The notes below the pieces were generated by a model that was given only the letters and a program-made list of their open reading frames with translations, did no database searches and had not been told where the DNA came from. A stretch of 64,000 nt of DNA from NCBI GenBank assembly GCA_040901675.1, contig JBBDYJ010000017.1:64001-128000 (forward strand), read 5' to 3'. Every line of letters starts with the position of its first letter. The first letter of the stretch is position 1. The position numbers and the translations under genes were made by a program. Shown in pieces: positions 1-7,424 of this stretch. The stretch is from Pirellulales bacterium. Lineage in GTDB: Bacteria > Planctomycetota > Planctomycetia > Pirellulales > JAICIG01.

Positions 1-45
1 TATCTCTACGCCTACTGGTTGATGCGGTACTACCGGTTGGAATAG
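1..45 (+). CDS. 3' end of a gene entering from the left edge (YLYAYWLMRYYRLE*), product unknown
   Basis: Frame 1 is open from base 1 to TAG at 43-45 with protein-like, GC3-rich codons. It converges on hpnE. Confidence 0.5.
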   Translation, partial: YLYAYWLMRYYRLE

Positions 46-75
46 AGGGAGGAAGGAGGAAGGAGGAAGGAGGAA
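46..75. repeat. GAAGGAG-type heptamer tandem tract
   Basis: ggaggaaggaggaaggaggaagga. Similar tracts recur at about 4540-4633, 11489-11530, 32415-32440, 32570-32600, 33874-33910, 42715-42755 and 49450-49485. Confidence 0.8.
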
Positions 76-99
76 TAGGATGATGCGGACGGACGAAGA

Positions 100-133
100 C
101 TGGGGCACGCTGACGCTTTGCCCCAGGCACCCG
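100..133. repeat. REP-like repeat family A (CTGGGGCACGCT-N2-CGCTTTGCC-N-CCAG-S-CACCCG)
   Basis: Near-identical copies at 5191-5226 (rc), 5949-5983 (rc), 11443-11477 and 32491-32549. Confidence 0.85.
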
Positions 134-147
134 CGCTCATTCCTCAT

Positions 148-1641
148 TCATGCTTTGATCAGGAGGCGCGTGAGGAGGTTGCGGGGCAGATCGGGGACGA
201 GCTGGGGGCGGGGCATGCCGAAGTGCTCCAGGATCACTTCGGCGGCCAGGTAGCCGCTGCGGACGGCGCCTTCCATCGTCGAAGGCCAACCGGTGCGGGT
301 CCAATCGCCGGCCAACGCCAAATTGGCAATCGGCGTCCGCTGCGGAGGACGCAGCCGATCGAGGCCGGGACGCACGGAAAAAACGGCGGTGTGCTCGGTG
401 ACGATCCGCCAACGAACCAGGCGAGCTTCCTGCGCCGCCGGCCAGACCTCAGCCAGCTCCGCAACCACTTGCCGGAGGATCTCCTGCCGCGGCCGTCCCT
501 CGATCGACCGCGAAGCGCTGACGACCACTTGATAGTAGTGGGTGGCCGCTGGCGGATGGCGGGTTGAAGGAGTGGAGTCCGCTTCGTTCGTCTCGCCTCG
601 AGCGTCGAGCGGCACCCCGGCGCGAGGCGCGTCTTCCCAGTTTCCTACTCTACTGAAGATCCATTGCGAAAGGCGGCCGACGAGAACAGCGTGGGGCAGG
701 GGAGTGATCTGGCGATCGAACCAGAGATGAATGCCGCTGATCGGGGCGCACTCGATCTGGCTCGCCGCTTCCAAGTTCGGCAGCATCGACAGCACGCCCG
801 CCGAGAACATCAAGGGCGCCCAACCCCAGGGGACGGCCACGATGGCCGCGTCGCAAGGGCGCCGGTCGCCGTCGGCCAGGTCGACCGCCGTCACCGCGGA
901 AGCGTCGCCGTCGATCCGCTTCACGGCCGTGCCGAGGTGGATGGCGACCTGGCGGCGGGCGAGCCAGTCTTGCAGGCGGGCATAGAGGTCGCCCAGGGGA
1001 ATGCGGGGCACGTCAATGCGGCAGGCCTGGCGGGCGGCCAGAAATCCATCGACGAACACCTTGCGAGCCTGGACCAGCGAAGCGCGATCGAGCGTTTCGC
1101 CCAAAGCGCTGACCAGCACCACCGACCAGAACCGCTTGATCGCCGCGGGCGATTGCCCTTGGCTCTCCAGCCAGCGGCCGATCGCCGGCTGGGACTCGTC
1201 GTCGTCCACGCGCAGCCGAATCAACCGCCAGAGCGTCCGTGCGATGGAGAGCCGCTGGCCCGGGCTGAGATATTTCTGCCGCCAGAGCGAGGGGGCCAGG
1301 TGCAACGGCGCGGGAAGCCAGCGGCTGGCCTCCAGCGTGCAGGCCCGGCCATCGCGGCCGAAGAAGTGGAGCCGGCTGTCGCTCTGAAAAGCCTCCGCAA
1401 TCCCGGTGCGGCGGCAGAAATCGGCAAAGTTGGTGCAACAGCCCATGCTCACGTGCTGGCAATGGTCGACCAGCTCGCCGCTCGACGGGTCGCGGAAGCT
1501 GGTGGCCCGGCCGCCCAGTCGGCGGCGGGACTCGTAGAGTTGGACTTGGAGTCCCTGCTCGCAGAGGGCGACGGCCGCCGCCAGGCCGGCCAGGCCGCCT
1601 CCCACGATGGCGACCGTGGGCCGCACAGTGGCAATGCTCAT
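148..1641 (-). CDS. hpnE: Hydroxysqualene dehydroxylase (FAD-dependent)
   Basis: VAIVGGGLAGLAAA Rossmann motif, LGGRATSF, VDHCQHVSMGCCTN and LAGDWTRTGWPSTMEGAVRSG. The start ATG overlaps the hpnD stop (ATGA at 1638-1641). Confidence 0.9.
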   Translation of the reverse strand: MSIATVRPTVAIVGGGLAGLAAAVALCEQGLQVQLYESRRRLGGRATSFRDPSSGELVDHCQHVSMGCCTNFADFCRRTGIAEAFQSDSRLHFFGRDGRACTLEASRWLPAPLHLAPSLWRQKYLSPGQRLSIARTLWRLIRLRVDDDESQPAIGRWLESQGQSPAAIKRFWSVVLVSALGETLDRASLVQARKVFVDGFLAARQACRIDVPRIPLGDLYARLQDWLARRQVAIHLGTAVKRIDGDASAVTAVDLADGDRRPCDAAIVAVPWGWAPLMFSAGVLSMLPNLEAASQIECAPISGIHLWFDRQITPLPHAVLVGRLSQWIFSRVGNWEDAPRAGVPLDARGETNEADSTPSTRHPPAATHYYQVVVSASRSIEGRPRQEILRQVVAELAEVWPAAQEARLVRWRIVTEHTAVFSVRPGLDRLRPPQRTPIANLALAGDWTRTGWPSTMEGAVRSGYLAAEVILEHFGMPRPQLVPDLPRNLLTRLLIKA

Positions 1642-2558
1642 CGGGCTCGGACCCGCACGGTGGACGGACCGGCCGGCTCGGCGGCGGCGGGGTGGAACCG
1701 CCACCAGGCATGCCTGGCGAGCAGCCAGCGGCCGGCGATGCCCAGTTTGCGCCAGGTGCTGAGGCGGATGGGGGCGCTGAACACGTCGCCGTCGAGGCGC
1801 TTGATTTCCTCCAGCAGTCCGCGATAGATGCCGGTCATGGCCCCGAAGACGGCTCGGCCGTCGGCTTGAAGCCAGTGCTCAAGCTCGCCGGCTTCGCGAT
1901 AGAACTGCTCGGCCCGTTCGATCTGGAACCGCATCAGCCGCGCGAAGCCCGCGCGGCGGCGACCGTCGAGCAGGTCGTCGGCGGTGCAGTGGAAGCGGCG
2001 GAGATCTTCCTGGGGGAGATAGATGCGTCCGGCGGCGGCGTCCTGCTTCAAGTCGCGGAGGATGTTGGTCAGTTGAAAGGCGATGCCGCACTTGCGGGCC
2101 GGCTCCAGCGCGGCCGGGTCGTCAAAACCCCAGACGTGGATGCACGAGAGCCCGACGACCGAGGCCACCTTGTAACAGTAATCGGCCAGCTCGTCGAACG
2201 TTTCGTACGTCCGCCCGTCGAGATCCATTTCGACGCCGTCGATCGCCGAGCGAAGATACTCCGGAGGGATGCGATAGCGGGAGACGGTGTCGGCCAGCGC
2301 GGGAAACAGCGGCGCCTCGAAGCGGCCGGCCAGCGCCTGCTCCAACGAGCGGCGCCAGGCGGCCAGGGCGGCCCGGCGCTCGGCCGCGGGGCGCGGGTTG
2401 TCGCCCAGATCGTCGGTGCGGCGCAGAAAGGCGTACAGGGCGCACATCGCCCGCCGCTTCGAGCGCGGTAGAACGAGAAACGAGTAATAGAAGTTGCTGG
2501 CCGCCCGGCGGGCAAATTGCTGGCACCAGTTGTAGCTCGCCTCGGTGGTCCAGGCCAT
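1638..2558 (-). CDS. hpnD: Presqualene diphosphate synthase (phytoene/squalene synthase family)
   Basis: ASNFYYSF, LYAFLRRTDDLGD, YCYKVASVVG and AFQLTNILRDLKQDAAAGRIYLP. TGATG coupling to hpnC. Confidence 0.9.
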   Translation of the reverse strand: MAWTTEASYNWCQQFARRAASNFYYSFLVLPRSKRRAMCALYAFLRRTDDLGDNPRPAAERRAALAAWRRSLEQALAGRFEAPLFPALADTVSRYRIPPEYLRSAIDGVEMDLDGRTYETFDELADYCYKVASVVGLSCIHVWGFDDPAALEPARKCGIAFQLTNILRDLKQDAAAGRIYLPQEDLRRFHCTADDLLDGRRRAGFARLMRFQIERAEQFYREAGELEHWLQADGRAVFGAMTGIYRGLLEEIKRLDGDVFSAPIRLSTWRKLGIAGRWLLARHAWWRFHPAAAEPAGPSTVRVRAR

Positions 2559-3493
2559 CACCGCGCGGTCCTTGCCAAAAAGGGGACTTTACGAAAGAGG
2601 CAGCCGCCCAGCAGCCGCGCCTTGTGCCAGCCAGTCAATTGCGGGCGATGGTTCCAGACGTCGAACTGGCTCGCCCGAATCCGGGAGAGGATCGCCAGGC
2701 CGCCATGGATGAACAGCCACACGTCGGCGGCCAGCCCACGGGGCACCGCGGCCACCAGCGGCATCCCGCCGCGGAGGTAGTCTTCGGCCCGCTGCACCTG
2801 GAGTTCCAGCAGGCGGCGAAACCCCGGGCTCGCTTCGCGCCGCTCGAAGGACTGCTCGTCGTAGTTGTAGGCCCGGCACTCGTTGAGCGGGATGTAGATG
2901 CGGCCCCGGTCCCAGTCACCGGCCACGTCCTGACAAAAGTTGGCCAGTTGCAGTCCGGTACACACCGAGTCGGCCAGCAGTCCCCGCGGCCGGTCGTGGC
3001 AGCCCGCCACATAGAGCACCAGCCGGCCCACCGGGTTGGCCGAGCGGCGGCAGTATTCGAGAAGGTCGTCGAACGATTCGTAACGTCTCACCTGCTGGTC
3101 CTGGCGGAAGGCGGAGAGCAACTCGTGGAACGGCTCGGCCGGTATGTCGAACTGGCGGATGGTCTCGGCCAGGGCGACGGTGACGGGGTGGCGGGCTTGC
3201 CCGGCATAACAGGCGTCGAGCTCGCGCTGCCACCAGTCCAACAGTTGCAGGCTGCGATGGGAGTCGCCCGCTTCGTCGGCCAAGTCGTCGGCCCAGCGGC
3301 ACCAGGCATAGAGGTTGTGGAAATGCGGCTTGAGGCCGCGGGGCAGCAGCCAACTGGCGACGGTGAAGTTTTCGTAATGCGTGGCGGCCAGGCGGGAGCA
3401 GTACTGGCGGCTTTCGTCGGGCGAGAGGGGCGCCCGGGCGGTGCCGTCGGGGCCGTATGCGGCCAAGTCTTGGGCAAAGGCGGCACGGACCAT
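2558..3493 (-). CDS. hpnC: Squalene synthase HpnC
   Basis: HYENFTVASWLLP, YAWCRWADDLADE, YCRRSANPVGRLVL and CTGLQLANFCQDV are HpnC signatures. Confidence 0.92.
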   Translation of the reverse strand: MVRAAFAQDLAAYGPDGTARAPLSPDESRQYCSRLAATHYENFTVASWLLPRGLKPHFHNLYAWCRWADDLADEAGDSHRSLQLLDWWQRELDACYAGQARHPVTVALAETIRQFDIPAEPFHELLSAFRQDQQVRRYESFDDLLEYCRRSANPVGRLVLYVAGCHDRPRGLLADSVCTGLQLANFCQDVAGDWDRGRIYIPLNECRAYNYDEQSFERREASPGFRRLLELQVQRAEDYLRGGMPLVAAVPRGLAADVWLFIHGGLAILSRIRASQFDVWNHRPQLTGWHKARLLGGCLFRKVPFLARTAR

Positions 3494-3587
3494 AAAGAGC
3501 TGTCTGAAGCGCAGCGTGGAAAAGCGGCTCGGCTACCCAATCGGGCGCAGGTGCATTATGATGGTTTGGATCCCCTGAGACAAACGC

Positions 3588-4538
3588 ATGAAAATCATTT
3601 TGGCCAGTCCACGCGGCTTCTGCGCCGGCGTGAACATGGCAATCGAGAGCCTGGAGCTGGCAATTCAGCTCTACGGGACGCCGATCTACGTCTATCACGA
3701 GATCGTCCACAACAAGTACGTCGTGGAGACGTTCCGGGAGAAGGGGGTGGTGTTCGTGGACCGGCTGGAGGAGGTGCCCGAAGGCGGGCAGCTTTTGTAC
3801 TCGGCCCACGGCGTTTCACCGGAGGTCCGCTCGCTGGCCCGCACTCGGAAGCTCCGCACGATCGACGCCACCTGCCCGCTGGTGACCAAGGTGCACCTGG
3901 AGGCGATCCGCTTCGCCAAGAGCGGGTACACGATCGTGCTGATCGGGCACGAAGGGCACGACGAGGTGATCGGCACGATGGGCGAGGCGCCCGAGTCGAT
4001 CGTGCTGGTGGAAACGATCGAGGACGTCGACCGGCTCCGGGTGGCCGACCCGGCGCGCCTGGCCTACCTGACGCAGACCACGCTTTCGGTCGACGACGCC
4101 AACCGGATCATTCGCCGGCTGCGGGAGCGTTTTCCCCAGATCAACAATCCGCCCAAGGAAGACATCTGCTATGCCACGCAGAACCGCCAGGAGGCCGTGA
4201 ACCTGCTGTCGCGCGAGGCCGACGTGGTGCTGGTGCTGGGCAGCCAGAACAGCTCGAACAGCCAGCGGCTGGCCGAGCTATCGCTGGAGAACGGCGTGCC
4301 GGCGTACCTGATCGACGGGGCGGCCGACATCCGGGCGGAGTGGTTCCGGGGCGACGAAACGGTACTGGTCACGGCGGGTGCCAGCGCCCCGGAGCTGGTG
4401 GTGGAGGACTGCGTGGAGTTTTTGCGGAAGCGGTTCGGCGCGACGGTCGAGTCGCGGAGCGTGCGCGAGGAGGAGGTGCATTTTCCGCTGCCCCGCGAGC
4501 TGCGCGTCCTGGCAGGCACGTTGAAGGTGGAAAGGTGA
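3588..4538 (+). CDS. ispH: 4-hydroxy-3-methylbut-2-enyl diphosphate reductase
   Basis: PRGFCAGV, HEIVHN, SAHGVSP, DATCPLVTKVH, QTTLS, DICYATQNRQ, SSNS and TAGASAPE. Confidence 0.97.
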   Translation: MKIILASPRGFCAGVNMAIESLELAIQLYGTPIYVYHEIVHNKYVVETFREKGVVFVDRLEEVPEGGQLLYSAHGVSPEVRSLARTRKLRTIDATCPLVTKVHLEAIRFAKSGYTIVLIGHEGHDEVIGTMGEAPESIVLVETIEDVDRLRVADPARLAYLTQTTLSVDDANRIIRRLRERFPQINNPPKEDICYATQNRQEAVNLLSREADVVLVLGSQNSSNSQRLAELSLENGVPAYLIDGAADIRAEWFRGDETVLVTAGASAPELVVEDCVEFLRKRFGATVESRSVREEEVHFPLPRELRVLAGTLKVER

Positions 4539-4631
4539 TGAAGGCAGAAGGCAGAGGGCAGAGGGCAGAAGTCAGAGGGCAGAGGTCGGAGAAGGAATGG
4601 CACGGCTGATTCCTCCTTCCTCCTTCCTCCT

Positions 4632-5057
4632 TCATCCTTGGATGTAGGTCTTGAGATACTGGTTCTCGATGGCCATGATCCGGTGCTGGGCCTTGACCAC
4701 GTCGCCGATCGAGATCAGGCCGCAGAGGCGGCCGTCTTCGAGAATGGGCAGGTGGCGGATGCGTTTTTCGGTCATGAGGCCCATGGTGTCCTCGACCGAG
4801 TCGCCCGGTTTTCCCGTGACGACGTCGCCGGTCATGGTGTCCTCGACCCGGCAGGCGTCTAGGGGAATGCGGCGGGCGGCACAGCAGCGGAGGATGTCGC
4901 GCTCGGTAATGATTCCCACCATGCGGTCCTCGCGGCAGACGACCAGCGAGCCGCAATTGAACTCGACGAGCTTCTGCACCACGTTGTCCAGCGTGGCATC
5001 GGGGCCGATTGAGTGCACCGCGGCACCCTTCTCGCGGAGGATTTCTCGCAGGACCAT
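4632..5057 (-). CDS. CBS-domain pair protein
   Basis: VGIITERDILR and MTEKRIRHLPILEDGRLCGLISIGDVVK. Confidence 0.9.
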   Translation of the reverse strand: MVLREILREKGAAVHSIGPDATLDNVVQKLVEFNCGSLVVCREDRMVGIITERDILRCCAARRIPLDACRVEDTMTGDVVTGKPGDSVEDTMGLMTEKRIRHLPILEDGRLCGLISIGDVVKAQHRIMAIENQYLKTYIQG

Positions 5058-5190
5058 GACGGGCTCCCGGTAAGGGGTGACTCGGAGGGGCTGAACAGCC
5101 CAAGCGCCGACGACCCGTTAGCTTAGATGACGGCAAGGGGCTCGGTCAAAAGAAAACCTTGCCGTTTTTCTTCCCGCTCGGTTGGCGGAT

Positions 5191-5260
5191 CGGGTGCCTG
5201 GCGGCAAAGCGCTAAGCGTGCCCCAGGCTTTCGTCGTCTCCCCTTGTCGCCTTGTCGCCT
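5191..5260. repeat. Family A repeat plus CCTTGTC-type heptamer tail; left copy of a ~70-bp direct repeat
   Basis: cgggtgcctggcggcaaagcgctaagcgtgccccaggctttcgtcgtctccccttgtcgcc, matching 5949-6031. Confidence 0.85.
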
Positions 5261-5337
5261 GCTCCAACTCACCGATCTCGGCCCGCGGCTCCCGGCGAAT
5301 TTGCCTGATCCGCTTTTTGCGTATATACTTACGCAAT

Positions 5338-5973
5338 ATGCGTAAATCCGCCCCGCTCGATCCGCTGTTCCCGAAAACCAGGCAGCAGTTGCTGGGTGCC
5401 CTGCTGCTTGATCCAGCGCGATCCTGGTACGCAAGCGACCTGGCGCGGCGCCTGCGCGTTCGCCCGTCGACTTTGCAGCGCGAATTGGCGGGATTGGTCG
5501 AGGCCGGCGTGCTTCTCCGCCGAAGGGATGGAAATCGCGTCTATTACCAGGCCGACGTCGAGAGCCCGCTTTTTCCCGAACTTCGATCGCTTCTCTTGAA
5601 GACCGCCGGACTTGCCGACGTCGTCCAGCAAGCGTTGAAACCGCTTTCCAGCCGCATCGACGTGGCATTCATTCACGGCTCGATGGCCCGCGGCCAGGAG
5701 CGCTCGGCGAGCGATGTCGATCTGATGGTGATTGGGACCGTTGGGCTTTCAGAGCTTTCGCCCGCGCTTCGCAAGGCGGAGCAACGGATCGGCCGTCCCG
5801 TAAATCCTTCAGTCTTTGCCGCCGACGAGGTTGCAAAGAAGCTGGCGGCTGGCCATCATTTTCTGAGCAGCGTGCTCTCTTCCGAAAGAATCTTCGTCGT
5901 TGGAAGCGAAAGTGCCCTGGCTGCAATTACAGGTGGCGACGTACCTGCCGGGTGGCTGGCGGCAAAGCGGTAG
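5338..5973 (+). CDS. Winged-HTH plus minimal nucleotidyltransferase (MntA-like) protein
   Basis: N-terminal wHTH (WYASDLARRLRVRPSTLQRELAGLVEAGVL...GNRVYYQA) and MNT motif FIHGSMARGQERSASDVDLMVIG. The stop codon lies inside a family A repeat. Confidence 0.85.
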   Translation: MRKSAPLDPLFPKTRQQLLGALLLDPARSWYASDLARRLRVRPSTLQRELAGLVEAGVLLRRRDGNRVYYQADVESPLFPELRSLLLKTAGLADVVQQALKPLSSRIDVAFIHGSMARGQERSASDVDLMVIGTVGLSELSPALRKAEQRIGRPVNPSVFAADEVAKKLAAGHHFLSSVLSSERIFVVGSESALAAITGGDVPAGWLAAKR

Positions 5974-6031
5974 CGTGCCCCAGTCTTCGTCGTCTCCCCT
6001 TGTCGCCTCGTCCCCTTGTCGCCTTGTCCCC
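5949..6031. repeat. Family A repeat plus heptamer tail; right copy of the ~70-bp direct repeat
   Basis: cgggtggctggcggcaaagcggtagcgtgccccagtcttcgtcgtctcccc. Confidence 0.85.
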
Positions 6032-6040
6032 TCCTCCACC

Positions 6041-7219
6041 TCACCGGGCCGGAATCTCGGCCGCCCGCAGGTTGCGAAAGGAAAGATTCGTCGTCGGGTC
6101 GTGTCCCTGGATGATCAGCGTGCCGGCTTGGAGCCGCAGGCCGTTGCGTGGGTTGGGATCGGGCGGGCGGGTGTCGGTCCAGTCGCTCACCTGGTAGCCG
6201 TTGACCCAGGCCGCCATGTGCGGGCCCGATACAATCAGCGTCTTGTGAAACCACTCGAAGTCGTCGGCCACGACGCGGCGGGCGTTCTGCCGCCGGTAAA
6301 AGCCGCCGGTCCCACAGTCGAGCGGTTTGCCGCGGTCGCCGCCGGCATAGCCGTTGTGGATCTGGCTCTCATAGCCGTTCCAAAGCTCGCCGGGGATGCT
6401 GCGGAAGAAGATGCCGGAGTTGAGGTGCTTGCCGGCCGAGAAGATCTCCAGTTGCAGCACGAAATCGCCGAACCGCGCCTCGCTTTCCAACTGTCCCCGC
6501 CCGTTCTCGACGTGCAGGTGCCCTTCGCCGGTCACCGAAAACAGGCTCTTCTCGCCCGGAAAGACCCGCCAGCCGGCCAAGTCGCGGCCATTGAAGATAC
6601 TGTCGAGGCTCAACGGCCTGAGCTTCACGTTGCGGAACTCGACCGGCCCCTTGTTGAGCTGCAGGCCGATGAAGCCGCGTCCCAGGGGCTCCGGGTCGGT
6701 GTAGTCGAGCACGACCCGCCCATCGAGCTTGACGATGAAATGCCCGCCGTCGGCCGACACCTCGTAGCTGCGCCACTCGGTGCTGGTTTCGACCGGCTCG
6801 GCCTTTTGCCTGCCCACGAAGCTGCCGGTGAAAAACGGGCTCACTTCGGGCGCCGCGATATTCAGCTCGTAGCAGTCGCCGGCCGGGTCGGTGGGCCTGG
6901 CGGGCGTCCGCAGGAAGACGCCGCTATTGGTGGCCGCCGGGCAGCGGAAGTCGACCTTGAGCACGAAGTCGCCGAACTCGCTTGTGGTGTGCAGCAGGCC
7001 GGGCTGCCCCTCGGAGACCGAGATGACGCCATCCCCGACTTTCCAGTTTGCCTGGCTGGCGGCCTGCCAGCCGAAATCGGTCTGGCCGTCGAACAGCAGG
7101 ATCCAACCCTCGGCCAGTTCTTCGGGCGAGAGCGTATTGTGCACCTCGGCCGCGCGCAGCGGGCCGGCGACGATCAAGGCCGCGATCACAAAGCAGCCGT
7201 AGGCGAGTCGCTGACGCAT
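6041..7219 (-). CDS. Secreted tandem DUF1080 (3-keto-disaccharide hydrolase-like) protein
   Basis: Signal peptide, GWILLFDGQTDFGW, NSGVFLR, GFIGLQ, second domain IFNGRDLAGW...NSGIFFR...IQGHDP...FRNL. Confidence 0.88.
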   Translation of the reverse strand: MRQRLAYGCFVIAALIVAGPLRAAEVHNTLSPEELAEGWILLFDGQTDFGWQAASQANWKVGDGVISVSEGQPGLLHTTSEFGDFVLKVDFRCPAATNSGVFLRTPARPTDPAGDCYELNIAAPEVSPFFTGSFVGRQKAEPVETSTEWRSYEVSADGGHFIVKLDGRVVLDYTDPEPLGRGFIGLQLNKGPVEFRNVKLRPLSLDSIFNGRDLAGWRVFPGEKSLFSVTGEGHLHVENGRGQLESEARFGDFVLQLEIFSAGKHLNSGIFFRSIPGELWNGYESQIHNGYAGGDRGKPLDCGTGGFYRRQNARRVVADDFEWFHKTLIVSGPHMAAWVNGYQVSDWTDTRPPDPNPRNGLRLQAGTLIIQGHDPTTNLSFRNLRAAEIPAR

Positions 7220-7330
7220 GACGAACAGTATGGACGGAGATGGATCGAGGTTCCAGTGGGGGCATGAGGTCAAAGGACCGCCTTGGGCTTTGCCAGAACG
7301 CGCAATCCGCGCCGATTTGGCATAATTTAT

Positions 7331-7358
7331 TTGACAAGACCGTTCCTCTTGATAGGCT
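7331..7358 (+). promoter_or_regulatory. Putative sigma70 promoter for the 854-aa gene
   Basis: TTGACA (7331-7336), 16-nt spacer and extended -10 TGnTAGGCT (7350-7358), with AT-rich sequence upstream. Confidence 0.5.
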
Positions 7359-7424
7359 CCAAAGCGTCTGGCGGCCTCTCGTCCCGTCCGGCCGCCGGGA
7401 CTCTTCCTGCGAAAGGGGGTCGCC

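Noticed and set aside
5974..6040. HEPN toxin gene after the MNT gene
   Set aside because: Only 67 bp of repeat sequence separate it from the convergent DUF1080 gene.
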